Origin: Blastocatellia bacterium
GTDB taxonomy: Bacteria; Acidobacteriota; Blastocatellia; RBC074
Direction: 5' to 3'
Assembly: GCA_016789725.1 (NCBI GenBank)
Contig: JAEUQN010000012.1
Coordinates: 1,448 to 65,447 of the forward strand
DNA: 64,000 nt
The notes beneath the pieces were generated by a model, which did not search any database, was not told where the DNA came from, and saw nothing but the letters and a program-made list of their open reading frames with translations. The translations under genes were made by a program, and so were the position numbers. This document shows, in pieces, positions 47,650 through 57,794 of this stretch (the first letter of the stretch is position 1; each line of letters begins with the position of its first letter).

Positions 47650-48597
47650 ATGACCACAGAACTTCTACGCAATTCCTCTGGCATTCCACTTCGACCGCTT
47701 GGCAAAACAGGCGAACACATTACGGCACTTGGGATCGGTGGCTATCATCTCGGCATCATCACAGAAGAAACAGATGCGATTCGTCTCTGCCAACAGGCGA
47801 TTGACGAAGGCATCGGGTTTATGGACAACGCCTGGGAATACCACGACGGGCGCAGCGAAATCCTGATGGGCAAAGCCATTCACGACCGCCGCGATAAAGT
47901 GTTTCTGATGACCAAAGTTTGCACGCACGGACGCGACAAACACGAGGCGATGCGGCAACTCGAAGATTCCCTGCGCCGCCTGCAAACGGATTACCTCGAC
48001 CTTTGGCAGATTCACGAAGTCGTCTACGAGAACGATCCTGAATGGCATTTCGCGCCTGATGGTGTGATTGAAGCGTTAGAGCTGGCGAAGGAACAAGGCA
48101 AAGTGCGCTATGTCGGATTCACCGGCCACAAAAGCCCCGAAATTCATTTGCGAATGTTGTCCTATCAATATCCCTTCGATGCATGCCAATTACCCTTGAA
48201 TGCACTCGACGGCACGTTCCGCAGTTTTGAGCGAATGGTCTTGCCTGAGTTGCAACGGCAGGGCATTGCGGCTTTGGGAATGAAGACGATGGGCGGCAGC
48301 GGGCGCATGATTAAGGAAAATATTCTGTCCGTCGAAGAGGCTTTACGCTACGCCATGAGCCTGCCCGTCGCGACAACCATCAGCGGCATTCTCTCGCCAC
48401 GCATGCTGCAACATAACGTTAGCATCGCGCGCGAATTTACGCCGATGACGCCGGATGAAATGGAAGCCCTGCGCCAACGTGTCGCTAAAGCGGGCGGCGA
48501 TGGACGCTACGAAATCTACAAAGTTTCCGCCAAGCATGAAGGCCCAGTGGGGCGATCACAACACGGTTTCCCGCCGTTTGCAGAGATGGCGATGTGA
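47650..48597 (+). CDS. Aldo/keto reductase
   Basis: RPLGKTG, DNAWEYH.GRSE, FLMTK, SLRRLQTDYLDLWQIH, GKVRYVGFTGH. ATG 47650; the upstream extension translates the repeat. Confidence 0.95.
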   Translation: MTTELLRNSSGIPLRPLGKTGEHITALGIGGYHLGIITEETDAIRLCQQAIDEGIGFMDNAWEYHDGRSEILMGKAIHDRRDKVFLMTKVCTHGRDKHEAMRQLEDSLRRLQTDYLDLWQIHEVVYENDPEWHFAPDGVIEALELAKEQGKVRYVGFTGHKSPEIHLRMLSYQYPFDACQLPLNALDGTFRSFERMVLPELQRQGIAALGMKTMGGSGRMIKENILSVEEALRYAMSLPVATTISGILSPRMLQHNVSIAREFTPMTPDEMEALRQRVAKAGGDGRYEIYKVSAKHEGPVGRSQHGFPPFAEMAM

Positions 48598-48607
48598 CGG
48601 AGGCGCT

Positions 48608-49189
48608 ATGGTCACAAATCTAAATCGCAAACAGCATTACTACACGTTGGAAGAATATTTCGCGCTCGAAAAAGTGGGCGATGCGCGCTACGAATATTGG
48701 GACGGCGAAATCTTTTGCATGAGCGGCGGCTCGAAAGAGCATTATCGTTTGACGCGCAATATTTATAGGTGGCTTGATCGTGTTGTTCAGGGCGGAAAAT
48801 GTGAGGCTTTTATGCCTGACACGCCAATCACAACGCCAAAACTTCCGCCCTATCGGTATCCCGATGCGAGCGTCGTGTGTGGCGAAAGCAGATTTGAAAA
48901 CATTCATGGCATTGATGCATTGGTGAATCCGATACTGATTGTCGAAGTGCTTTCACCCACCACAGAACTAGCGGACAAAGAAGACAAACGAATTGCTTAT
49001 CAAGCTATAGAAAGCCTGCAAGAATATGTGCTGATTGCGCAGGATAAGGTCGAAGTCACGCACTACACGCGCAAGGGCGATTTGTGGTTCCGCGACGTTG
49101 TTTCCGACCTTTCAACCTCCCTTCAATTGACCTCGCTCGCAAGCACGATCACACTGGCAGAACTCTATCGCGGCGTCGTTTCGCAATAG
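48608..49189 (+). CDS. Uma2-family (DUF820) PD-(D/E)XK endonuclease-like protein
   Basis: TLEEYFALE, RYEYWDGEIFCMSGGS..H, YPDASVVC, NPILIVEVLSPTT, LQEYVLIAQD. Confidence 0.93.
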   Translation: MVTNLNRKQHYYTLEEYFALEKVGDARYEYWDGEIFCMSGGSKEHYRLTRNIYRWLDRVVQGGKCEAFMPDTPITTPKLPPYRYPDASVVCGESRFENIHGIDALVNPILIVEVLSPTTELADKEDKRIAYQAIESLQEYVLIAQDKVEVTHYTRKGDLWFRDVVSDLSTSLQLTSLASTITLAELYRGVVSQ

Positions 49190-49209
49190 ACCTACGGAGC
49201 AAATACGCT

Positions 49210-52200
49210 ATGAAACACCGCGCAAAATCCGCCCAACATTTTCTTGTCGTGTTGTTCGTAGCGGCGGCTGTTGCCCTCTTTACCTTCGAGCAATCTTCGC
49301 ACACGCAGACCAAAATTGATTTCAATCGCGACATTCGCCCGATCCTGTCGGACAAATGTTTTGCCTGCCACGGCCCTGACGCTGCAGCGAAAAAGATCAA
49401 ATTGCGCCTGGATTCAGAACCCGCTGCTCTGACAGCGATTGCACCTGGTAAGCCGGAAGAATCAAAGCTCATCAAACGCATCACCCACAAAGACGAAACG
49501 TTGCGCATGCCGCCTGTGGATTCTGGGCGCACGCTCGCGCCACGCGAAATTGAATTGCTGACGGAATGGATTCGACAGGGCGCAAACTGGCAATCGCATT
49601 GGTCATTTATTCCGCCCATTCGCCCGGCCTTGCCTCCAGTCAAAAACACCGCGTGGCCGAAAAATGCCATTGATTATTTCGTCCTGGCACGGCTGGAAAA
49701 AGAAGGGGGGCAGCCTTCACCCGAAGCGGATCGCGCGACATTGTTGCGACGCGTATCGCTTGATTTGACGGGCTTGCCGCCGACAGTGCAGGAATTGGAT
49801 GCCTTTCTCAACGACAAGTCGCCGAACGCGTATGAAAAGGTGGTGGATCGCCTGCTCGCTTCACCTCGCTACGGCGAGCGGATGGCGTTCAAATGGCTCG
49901 ACGCGGCGCGGTATGCGGACACGAATGGCTACCAGATTGACGGCGAACGTTCGATGTGGCGCTGGCGCGATTGGGTCATTGCGGCGTTCAATGCGAACAA
50001 GCCGTTTGATGAATTCACCATCGAACAGCTCGCAGGCGATTTGTTGCCGAACCCCCGCAAAGACCAGATCATTGCCACCGCCTTCAATCGCAACCATCGC
50101 ACGAATTCGGAAGATGGTCTCATACCCGAAGAATATCGCGTCGAATATGTCGTAGATCGCGTGGACACGACTTCGACGGTGTTTCTGGGCCTGACGATGG
50201 GCTGCGCGCGTTGCCACAATCACAAATACGACCCGCTCACACAGAAAGAGTATTACCAGCTTTTCGCGTACTTCAATTCGATTCCCGAAGACGGGCGCGC
50301 GAACAATTACGGCAACTCTGCGCCTTGGATTTCGGCTCCGACGGCGGCGCAGGAAGCCGAGATGCAGAAGATTGAGCGCGACATCAACCGCATCAAAACC
50401 CGGCTCAGTCAGGAGATCAAACTGCACGCTGCGGACCAAAGCCGCTGGGAAAAATCGTTGCGCGCCGAGTCCCGAACGCAGTGGTTTCCAAAGGATAATT
50501 TGCTCTTTCAGCATGCGCTGGATGATGGCGCGCAGCCATTCGTCAGCGAGACGATGATGAAGGTTGCAATGGATAAGCCGGATGAAGAGGTCGTCGAAAG
50601 GAAAGACGCCAAAAAGCTCGAACAGAGCTTCAAAAACGGCACGCCGAAATTCGTCGCTGCACCAACCGGGCAGGGCGTCGCATTCGACAAAAACCTTTTG
50701 TTTGATGCAGGCAAAATCGCTGATTTCAATTTCCGCGACCGGCTAAAGGATTACAAAGATCAGTTCACCATCTCGGCGTGGTTTTATGCGGAATCGGAAC
50801 AAAGCGGCGCGCTGGTCACGCATATGCAAGATAGTGCGGGCGAGACGGACAACAACCTGCCGAAAGGACGTGGTTACGGTTTGTTCGTGGCGAACGGCAA
50901 ACTGCATTTCAATCTCGTCAGCGTGTGGGCAGACGATTCGTTTCGCGTCGAAACCGAAAGCGCGATCCCGCTGAAAGAATGGCAGCACGTGATTGCGACG
51001 TTCGATGCGACGGAGCCGTACGAGAGGGTGCAGATTTTCCTGAACGGACAAAAGCAAAAGCTGAAAATCAATTTGCCACGCCTGTTCCGCACGTTCGGTG
51101 ATGCGAATGCAAATTTGCGCATCGGTGCAGGCGGCGGCCCAGCGTTTCGCTTTGCGGGAATGATTGATGAAGTGCGTGTGTACAAATCGCTGCCGGATGC
51201 GAATGACATAGCGATGCTGTCGTGCGCGGATTCGCTCGAAAAGATTGCTGCGACCCCTGTTGCCAAGCGGACGGAAGCGCAACGACTCAAAATCACAAAC
51301 GCTTGGTTGGACGCCGCTGCGCCTGCGACGGCGGCTGACCTTTTGCAGCAACTGCGCCAACAGAAGCAACGCAAGACCGCGCTCGAAGCCGAATTTTCGA
51401 CGTTGATGGTGATGCAGGAAATGCCGGAGCCGCGTCCGACCTTTTTGTTACGACGTGGCGCGTACGATTTGCCGACCGAAAAAGTCGCGCGTGCACTGCC
51501 TGCTTCTTTGCACGGTACAAGTGTGCAACCAAGCAATCGCCTTGAATTCGCGCGTTGGCTCGTCAGCCCGGAAAATCCATTGACAGCGCGTGTGACGGTG
51601 AACCGCTTCTGGCAACAATTCTTTGGCATCGGCTTGGTGAAAACAACGGAAGACTTTGGGGCACAAGGCGAGTTGCCGTCGCATCCTGAGTTGTTGGATT
51701 GGCTGGCGGTGGAATTTATGCGACCGAGTTCACAGTTAGCAGTTCACAGTTCACCGGAAAAAGGCCGCGAACTGCGAACCGCGAACTGGGATGTCAAAGC
51801 CTTGCTCAAAACTATTGTGACGAGTGCGACGTACCGGCAAGCCAGTAAAATTACTCCGACCACCGACCACCGACCACCGACCACCGATGATTCCGACAAC
51901 CGCCTGCTCGCCCGTGGCCCGCGCTATCGCCTCTCTGCCGAAATGATCCGTGACCAGGCGTTGTTTGTCTCCGGCTTGCTGGTTGAAAAGCTCGGCGGCC
52001 CTTCGGTCAAACCGTATCAGCCGGAAGGGCTGTGGAAGGATATGACCTTCTCGAACATGACCAATTACGGTCAAGCGAAAGGCGAAGGGTTGTGGCGGCG
52101 CAGTCTGTACACGTTCTGGAAACGGACGGTGCTGAATCCGAGCATGTTGGTCTTCGATGCGACGGCGCGCGAATTCTGCAACGTGCGCGAAACCCGCACC

Positions 52201-52548
52201 AATTCGCCGTTGCAGGCATTGAACCTGATGAACGACGTCACCTACGTCGAAGCCGCTCGCTTCATTGCTGAGCGCATGTTGCAGGGAAACGGCTCCGCTG
52301 AACAGCGCCTGACGTGGGCTTTTCGCGCTTTGACATCGCGCCTGCCCGATGCGCAAGAGTTGCAAGTGCTGCGCGACAATTTGAACGCGCAATTAGATTA
52401 CTTTCGCGCGCATCCAGACGACGCTGCGAAGTTGTTGGCGATGGGAGAGAAGCGCAATGATGCAGCATTAAAACCCACGGAACTTGCCGCCTACACGACT
52501 GTTGCCAGCTTGCTGCTGAATCTGGATGAAGTGATTACCAAACAGTAA
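49210..52548 (+). CDS. Cytochrome c / DUF1549 / LamG-like / DUF1553 exported protein
   Basis: IDFNRDIRPILSDKCFACHGPD, WLDAARYADTNG, GCARCHNHKYDP, FTISAWF...WQHV...FAGMIDEVRVY (LamG), PSHPELLDWLA, TNSPLQAL, LLNLDEVITK. Confidence 0.93.
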   Translation: MKHRAKSAQHFLVVLFVAAAVALFTFEQSSHTQTKIDFNRDIRPILSDKCFACHGPDAAAKKIKLRLDSEPAALTAIAPGKPEESKLIKRITHKDETLRMPPVDSGRTLAPREIELLTEWIRQGANWQSHWSFIPPIRPALPPVKNTAWPKNAIDYFVLARLEKEGGQPSPEADRATLLRRVSLDLTGLPPTVQELDAFLNDKSPNAYEKVVDRLLASPRYGERMAFKWLDAARYADTNGYQIDGERSMWRWRDWVIAAFNANKPFDEFTIEQLAGDLLPNPRKDQIIATAFNRNHRTNSEDGLIPEEYRVEYVVDRVDTTSTVFLGLTMGCARCHNHKYDPLTQKEYYQLFAYFNSIPEDGRANNYGNSAPWISAPTAAQEAEMQKIERDINRIKTRLSQEIKLHAADQSRWEKSLRAESRTQWFPKDNLLFQHALDDGAQPFVSETMMKVAMDKPDEEVVERKDAKKLEQSFKNGTPKFVAAPTGQGVAFDKNLLFDAGKIADFNFRDRLKDYKDQFTISAWFYAESEQSGALVTHMQDSAGETDNNLPKGRGYGLFVANGKLHFNLVSVWADDSFRVETESAIPLKEWQHVIATFDATEPYERVQIFLNGQKQKLKINLPRLFRTFGDANANLRIGAGGGPAFRFAGMIDEVRVYKSLPDANDIAMLSCADSLEKIAATPVAKRTEAQRLKITNAWLDAAAPATAADLLQQLRQQKQRKTALEAEFSTLMVMQEMPEPRPTFLLRRGAYDLPTEKVARALPASLHGTSVQPSNRLEFARWLVSPENPLTARVTVNRFWQQFFGIGLVKTTEDFGAQGELPSHPELLDWLAVEFMRPSSQLAVHSSPEKGRELRTANWDVKALLKTIVTSATYRQASKITPTTDHRPPTTDDSDNRLLARGPRYRLSAEMIRDQALFVSGLLVEKLGGPSVKPYQPEGLWKDMTFSNMTNYGQAKGEGLWRRSLYTFWKRTVLNPSMLVFDATAREFCNVRETRTNSPLQALNLMNDVTYVEAARFIAERMLQGNGSAEQRLTWAFRALTSRLPDAQELQVLRDNLNAQLDYFRAHPDDAAKLLAMGEKRNDAALKPTELAAYTTVASLLLNLDEVITKQ
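51727..51787. repeat. In-frame heptamer inverted-repeat insertion, same element as 3031-3106
   Basis: AGTTCAC AGTTAGC AGTTCAC AGTTCAC (51727-51754) and GCGAACT GCGAACC GCGAACT (51767-51787). Confidence 0.85.
51856..51887. repeat. Perfect coding heptamer tandem repeat (CCGACCA)x4 + CCGA
   Basis: Read directly; encodes PTTDHRPPTTD. Confidence 0.9.
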
Positions 52549-52574
52549 ACGTGGTGTCACATCAGCCGCAGTTC

Positions 52575-52603
52575 TTGACACCCACTTTGCTCTTAGGCAC
52601 ACT
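52575..52603 (+). promoter_or_regulatory. Possible sigma70 promoter
   Basis: TTGACA, 17 nt, CACACT; GTGTCACAT occurs at both 52554-52562 and 52682-52690. Confidence 0.4.
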
Positions 52604-52707
52604 CAGGCCCGATGGCAACGCCATCACTTTACGCAATCAAATCCACGCAAGAAATTCAATACTTTCGCAGGTCAAATACCTGTGTCACATATTTACGGAG
52701 GGAATTC

Positions 52708-53949
52708 ATGGCAGTCGCAAATTTCAAACCAAAATTTATGAAAGTGGGCGTGCTTACTGCTGCTTTGCAGGAGCTGACACCACGCAAAAAACGGGACAAA
52801 GACCCCGATCTGGCTATCGAAGAGTGGGTCGCATTCGCGCAGGAATTAGGCGTCAATTACATTCAGCTTTCGGCTGCGGTTCATCCCGATCAAGCCGACA
52901 TTCCACCCGAAGCGATGCTTGATCCGGTGGCAAACACGCTCGACCTGCGCCAACCCTTCACGAAAGATCGTGCCAAGCGCGTGAAGGCTTGTTTGAAGGC
53001 GGCAAAGGTGGGGATTTCAGACATCGGCTATTTCGACAACATGCTGCATCACGATCCTGCGATTCGGAAATCCAAACACGACTTTATGATTCGTGCCATG
53101 GATGCTGCGGTTGCGCTGGGAGCCGAAGCCGTATGCGGGTTCGTCGGTCGCAATCAGCAACTGAACATGGATGCAAACCTGATTGATTTTGAAGAGAATT
53201 TCATCCCTCTGCTGAAAGCGTGCAAAGATCGCGGCCTGCAATATCGCAATGAACAATGCCCGATGCCGGGTTGGGTTCCCGGCGACAATTGGCACAACAA
53301 CATTGCGTATACGCCGGGCACTTGGATCGCGCTGCATCGCATTTGTGAAAAGCACGGCGTCGGTGATCAATTCCGCATTCACTACGATCCGTCGCACGCA
53401 ATTTTGATGGGGCAGGACACGCGCTCGATTTTCCAATACCTGAAAGATGAAGGCTACAACTTCCTGATCGGAGGCTTCCATGTCAAAGGTCAGGTGACAG
53501 ATGTCAAAGGTGTCTCGGCGTGGGGCTATGGCGGACAGACCGTCGAGCGTGGAGATATGGTCAACGGCAAGCCATCGGAGAATCCGGCAGACTTGTTGAA
53601 TGCATGGAAAAAACAGGTGATTCTGTGCGAACACGAATTGCCCGGCACAGCGAAACATGATCCGCTTGCGTATTTGCAAAACCGCACGGTGGATTGGCTG
53701 GATCATCAATTGGCGGCGCGCGAATTATTACAACTCGATGTCGCCAACACGTTCCTGATCGTCGAGCACGAATACCCGAAAGCGCGCATTCAGGATAAGA
53801 AGGCGTTGAAGCCCATCCTGCAAGGCTCGATTGCCTTCACACGCAAGATTGATGAGGCGGCGGCGTGTATGTACGCGCTGCAAAATGAAGTGCTGGCGGC
53901 GCAAGGTATTCCGGTGCAGGGCGTTGGACGGCAGGCATATCGGTCGTAG
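52708..53949 (+). CDS. Sugar phosphate isomerase/epimerase family TIM-barrel protein
   Basis: [39 protein letters not shown]; GGAGG RBS before ATG 52708. Confidence 0.85.
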   Translation: MAVANFKPKFMKVGVLTAALQELTPRKKRDKDPDLAIEEWVAFAQELGVNYIQLSAAVHPDQADIPPEAMLDPVANTLDLRQPFTKDRAKRVKACLKAAKVGISDIGYFDNMLHHDPAIRKSKHDFMIRAMDAAVALGAEAVCGFVGRNQQLNMDANLIDFEENFIPLLKACKDRGLQYRNEQCPMPGWVPGDNWHNNIAYTPGTWIALHRICEKHGVGDQFRIHYDPSHAILMGQDTRSIFQYLKDEGYNFLIGGFHVKGQVTDVKGVSAWGYGGQTVERGDMVNGKPSENPADLLNAWKKQVILCEHELPGTAKHDPLAYLQNRTVDWLDHQLAARELLQLDVANTFLIVEHEYPKARIQDKKALKPILQGSIAFTRKIDEAAACMYALQNEVLAAQGIPVQGVGRQAYRS

Positions 53950-53952
53950 TAG

Positions 53953-53988
53953 AATGTGGTGCAGTCAACGAGATTGCACCACATTTTT
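53953..53988 (+). terminator. Intrinsic terminator-like hairpin
   Basis: AATGTGGTGCAGTC-aacga-GATTGCACCACATT followed by TTT. Confidence 0.7.
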
Positions 53989-54001
53989 CATGGAGGTAGT
54001 T

Positions 54002-54607
54002 ATGGACGCAGCATTGCGTTGGACATCGGCGGATTTAGAGGTAATGCCGGACAATGGCAAACGCTACGAAATCATTGACGGAGAACTCTACGTGTCACGC
54101 TCACCAACTTATCATCATCAATTTGCATGCGGTCGCATCTATCGTTATTTGGATCAATGGAGTGAAGAAACAGGCTCAGGGGAAGCGAACTTTGGTACTG
54201 GTGTGATCTTTGCCGACGACGATGATGTGATTCCTGATGTAGCCTGGATCAGCCGGGATCGCTTGCGACAAATCATTGGCAAAGACGGGCATTTTCATGC
54301 CGCACCAGATTTAGTTGTTGAGGTGCTTTCGCCCGGCAGTGCAAATGAACGACGTGATCGTGAAACGAAACTCAAACTGTATTCGCGTCGCGGCGTGCTG
54401 GAGTATTGGATCGTAAATTGGATTATGCGTGACATCACCGTGTTCCGCCGCAAGGGAAAAAAGCTCAAACAAGTCGAAACGTTCAGATCGGCGGATGAAT
54501 TGACCTCGCCATTGTTGCCAGGGTTCAAAATGTCTGTGAAGAGTGTTTTCAATACCTATGCCGAATATTCCAACGGTTCTTCTGAAAATGGCCGAAGCGA
54601 TTTGTAA
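54002..54607 (+). CDS. Uma2-family endonuclease-like protein
   Basis: WTSADLEVMPDNGKRYEIIDGEL, VIPDVAWIS, APDLVVEVLSPG...RDR..KLKLY...GVLEYWIV. Confidence 0.93.
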   Translation: MDAALRWTSADLEVMPDNGKRYEIIDGELYVSRSPTYHHQFACGRIYRYLDQWSEETGSGEANFGTGVIFADDDDVIPDVAWISRDRLRQIIGKDGHFHAAPDLVVEVLSPGSANERRDRETKLKLYSRRGVLEYWIVNWIMRDITVFRRKGKKLKQVETFRSADELTSPLLPGFKMSVKSVFNTYAEYSNGSSENGRSDL

Positions 54608-54627
54608 TTTAAGGTTGGAAGGAAATT

Positions 54628-55542
54628 ATGCCTAAAAGAGAATTCTCTATCTTGAAACTAATCACCGTTCCACTTATCACATTTGTTTGTTTGATCGGGA
54701 TCGTCGGTTGGATCGTCGCCCCTCATTGTGCTTGTTCAGATGCTGATGTTGTTGCTGCTGATGTTGCTGATGAAGCTGTGACTCCAACTCCGATAAATGT
54801 TACCGACGCGGCTCCTGCCCGGAACATCCGCATCACCTACGTCACCGAATCCAAAGGCTTCAAGCACGGTGTCTTACCCGAATCCGAAAAGATTATGCAG
54901 AGCCTCGGCGCGCAAAATAACTTTGACGTGACGATCTCGCAGGAATCCGCGAAAGTTATTACAGCGGAAAACCTGAAGAACGTGGACGTGCTCATTTTTT
55001 ACACGACGGGCGAATTGCCGTGGAGCGATGAACAGAAAAAACTGTTCCTCGACTTCGTGCGCAACGGCAAAGGCTTCATCGGCATTCACAGTGCAACCGA
55101 CACGTTTTACAAATGGCCTGAATATGGCGAGTTGATTGGTGGCTATTTTGACGGGCATCCGTGGGGATCGAATGACAAAGTTGTGGTGCAAAAAGTGGAC
55201 AAGAAATTCTCCGTCACGAAACATTGGGACGATCTGTTTACCTGGGTCGAAGAAACCTATCAGTACAAGAATTTCAACTTCAAAGAAAACAAAGTGCTAA
55301 TGAGCCTGGACGCGCAGCCGACGAAAATGGACATGACCAAAAAAGGGATCAAAGGCATCCACGCAGTTGAAGGCAATCCCAATATCAAGCCTGATTCGTT
55401 CCCGCTCGTGTGGTATCGCACTTACGGCAAAGGCCGCATCTTTTATTCCGAGCCGGGGCACAATTCTTCGGTATGGAATAACCCGAAATATCAGACGATG
55501 TTAGTGAACGCGATCAAATGGACAGCGAAGAAGATGAAGTAA
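54628..55542 (+). CDS. ThuA domain exported protein
   Basis: GFKH, DVLIFYTTGEL, GKGFIGIHSATDT, LIGGYFDGHPW, EETY, YGKGRIFY..PGH. Confidence 0.9.
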   Translation: MPKREFSILKLITVPLITFVCLIGIVGWIVAPHCACSDADVVAADVADEAVTPTPINVTDAAPARNIRITYVTESKGFKHGVLPESEKIMQSLGAQNNFDVTISQESAKVITAENLKNVDVLIFYTTGELPWSDEQKKLFLDFVRNGKGFIGIHSATDTFYKWPEYGELIGGYFDGHPWGSNDKVVVQKVDKKFSVTKHWDDLFTWVEETYQYKNFNFKENKVLMSLDAQPTKMDMTKKGIKGIHAVEGNPNIKPDSFPLVWYRTYGKGRIFYSEPGHNSSVWNNPKYQTMLVNAIKWTAKKMK

Positions 55543-55634
55543 CAGCGGCAGCATTAGATGAGCCAATCCACTGAACAACAAGGGTGGGGTTGGACATTCA
55601 TACGCTTTGTGATTTCTCTTTCCTGAAATCCGGC

Positions 55635-55682
55635 AAAAAATCAAACGGGCGAGATCATTGCTGACCTCGCCCGTTTGGTTTT
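55635..55682. terminator. Bidirectional intrinsic terminator between convergent genes
   Basis: AAAAAA-T-CAAACGGGCGAG ... CTCGCCCGTTTG-GTTTT. Confidence 0.85.
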
Positions 55683-55704
55683 CCGGCTGAAGACGTGGAT
55701 TGAA

Positions 55705-57627
55705 TTAATTGCCTTTGACCAGCGGAATGATCGCTAATTGCGGGCGACTGAGTTCAAAGTTCGGATCTTTGATAAGTGCGCGATACACCGGGACGGCTCG
55801 TCCGTCAATCATCTGATACCCGATGGCTTCGCTTTCCGGCACGACTTCCAATGATTGCGTCGCATTCGGTTTGGCCGAGTTGCCGAAGCGTTGCAGGGCT
55901 GTCTGACGCACTTGCTCAAGCGAAGTTTCCATTTCGCTCTCAACTGTTTCGACCGGGCCGCGAAGGCGACGAAGTGAGCTGCGAACGCGGGTGGCCTGAC
56001 CATTGCGAGCATCGAAGGTGACTTCGAGATGACCGGCATCGGGATCAATGAACGCCACACCATCAATGGTTTGGTCAATGATGATCGTCTTTTCGATGGT
56101 GCGCGCTGCTTCGGCGAATCCTTCAAACCCGCCACTTTCTTTGGTGTCACGGATCATGCCGATGCGATATTGCTGACCGCGCAGAACGCTGAGTTGGGCG
56201 GCGATGTCGGTGGCACGGCTCATCAATTCCTGATCGGAGACTTCGCTGTCGCGGGCGGCAACGTCATCGGACGGATCAATCAGCATTTCAAAGTTGCCAT
56301 TCTTTTCGACGATCAAGGTTGCGTTGTTGGTTTTCACTGCACGTAACCCCATCGGACGTTCCTGAATCAGATTGGTGTCTTCCACATTGATGCCGAGCGA
56401 ATGGCTCAACTCAACGACTTCTTCGGTGGAATTGCTTTGGGCTTCGACTTGTTGCAAGCGAGCCTGACGCGGAATCGTTAGTGTTTGTCGTTGCCCTACC
56501 TGACGACCGAAGCGTGAGCCTTGATCTGCCTCAGCGGTCGCTTCAGTGGTGATGGCGGAAAAGCTTGCTGCACTGCGGGCGATGTACCAGCGCCATTGCC
56601 CCCAGTTGTTCGCGGCTGCGCCCGCATATAGATAGCGTTCATTGTACAAGCGGTCGGTCGCTTCGGTCTGATTCGCACCAAAGGCCACAACAGCGGGGCT
56701 TTGACGCGTGTTGATGCGCCAACTGGCATCAAGAAACGCGGTGGACAAGCTCTTGCCTTTGTTCCATTCTTCCCAGAAATATTTGCCGTAATTCGGACTG
56801 TCAATCGAAACCGTTTCATAGCCAAACACCATACGGATGCCTTTGGAACGCACGCCCCACGTTGAATAGGGGTTGTTGCCGCCGCTGACCATCACGCTGT
56901 TGCAGGTGTCCCAGAATAAATAGCGCAGCCGTTCATCGCCATAACCGTAGTAGTTTCCGCCGAGCGCCATATTGGATGAGCGGGCGTTCCAGCCGTTGTT
57001 TGACCAATTGGCTCCCATTGGTACAAAGAAATTGTTGGGTGAGGACATGCCACCGTGACCGGAGTGAAACATCACGCGCACACCATCTACGCCATAGTCC
57101 GTGCCGCCGGAGTTCCACAGGTCATAGTTGTAGCTGCCGGAATCGTGAAATTGCCAGACTGAAACCGCACTGTCACGACGCGCGAAATTCGGCGTGTACC
57201 AGGTGTTGAAGTAATTGCGGAAGCCATCGGCGGATTCGTGTGTGTGCGATAAGTTTGATTGCATTCCCTGAAAGTTTTCGACGCTGGTGGTGCCGACCAT
57301 ATCGGACACACCGCTGGTGGATTCGACGCGCGAGAAATTGTCGCGGCGATCCGAAACGATGATGTCGCTGGATTGTCTGTGATCGCTGGTGGGATTGGCC
57401 TGATACGCTTCGGGCAAGGATTTGGGCGTTAACGCTTCGGCCTTGATTCCCAAACGCGCGGCAACCTTGGCGCGCGTTTGTTCGATGTCTTGCGCGGAGG
57501 TTGGCGTGCTGGGAGCGGCGGAAAAAATTGCTGCTAACAACAACGGAGCGACGACCGTTTGGCGCAGGGAAAAACGGGATTGATGGGTTGAATGAGCTTG
57601 CGGATTTTTGGGTGTGATGCTGGTCAT
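55705..57627 (-). CDS. Exported DUF6345-like protein with clan CD-like His/Cys motifs
   Basis: Signal peptide; GVDGVRVMFHSGHG, LRYLFWDTCNSV, GIRMVFGYETVS.DSP..GK.FW...AFLDA. Confidence 0.7.
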   Translation of the reverse strand: MTSITPKNPQAHSTHQSRFSLRQTVVAPLLLAAIFSAAPSTPTSAQDIEQTRAKVAARLGIKAEALTPKSLPEAYQANPTSDHRQSSDIIVSDRRDNFSRVESTSGVSDMVGTTSVENFQGMQSNLSHTHESADGFRNYFNTWYTPNFARRDSAVSVWQFHDSGSYNYDLWNSGGTDYGVDGVRVMFHSGHGGMSSPNNFFVPMGANWSNNGWNARSSNMALGGNYYGYGDERLRYLFWDTCNSVMVSGGNNPYSTWGVRSKGIRMVFGYETVSIDSPNYGKYFWEEWNKGKSLSTAFLDASWRINTRQSPAVVAFGANQTEATDRLYNERYLYAGAAANNWGQWRWYIARSAASFSAITTEATAEADQGSRFGRQVGQRQTLTIPRQARLQQVEAQSNSTEEVVELSHSLGINVEDTNLIQERPMGLRAVKTNNATLIVEKNGNFEMLIDPSDDVAARDSEVSDQELMSRATDIAAQLSVLRGQQYRIGMIRDTKESGGFEGFAEAARTIEKTIIIDQTIDGVAFIDPDAGHLEVTFDARNGQATRVRSSLRRLRGPVETVESEMETSLEQVRQTALQRFGNSAKPNATQSLEVVPESEAIGYQMIDGRAVPVYRALIKDPNFELSRPQLAIIPLVKGN

Positions 57628-57794
57628 AGTGTCTCCTTACTCTGCTTGATGATTGATCGTTAATCTTTGCGATTGGTTCGTTCCAAATCGCTTTCAATCA
57701 GGTAAGCGAGAAACACAGAAAACATTTCACCCGGTCAGCAAAATATTTTAGAAAAATTTTGCGAAGCGAATTTTGCCCGCCTCATAAGCCGCCT

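Noticed and set aside
54738-54780. GATGCT/GATGTT low-complexity tract in the ThuA gene
   Set aside because: In-frame triplet-based linker (DADVVAADVADEA) with no evidence of a mobile or phase-variable element.
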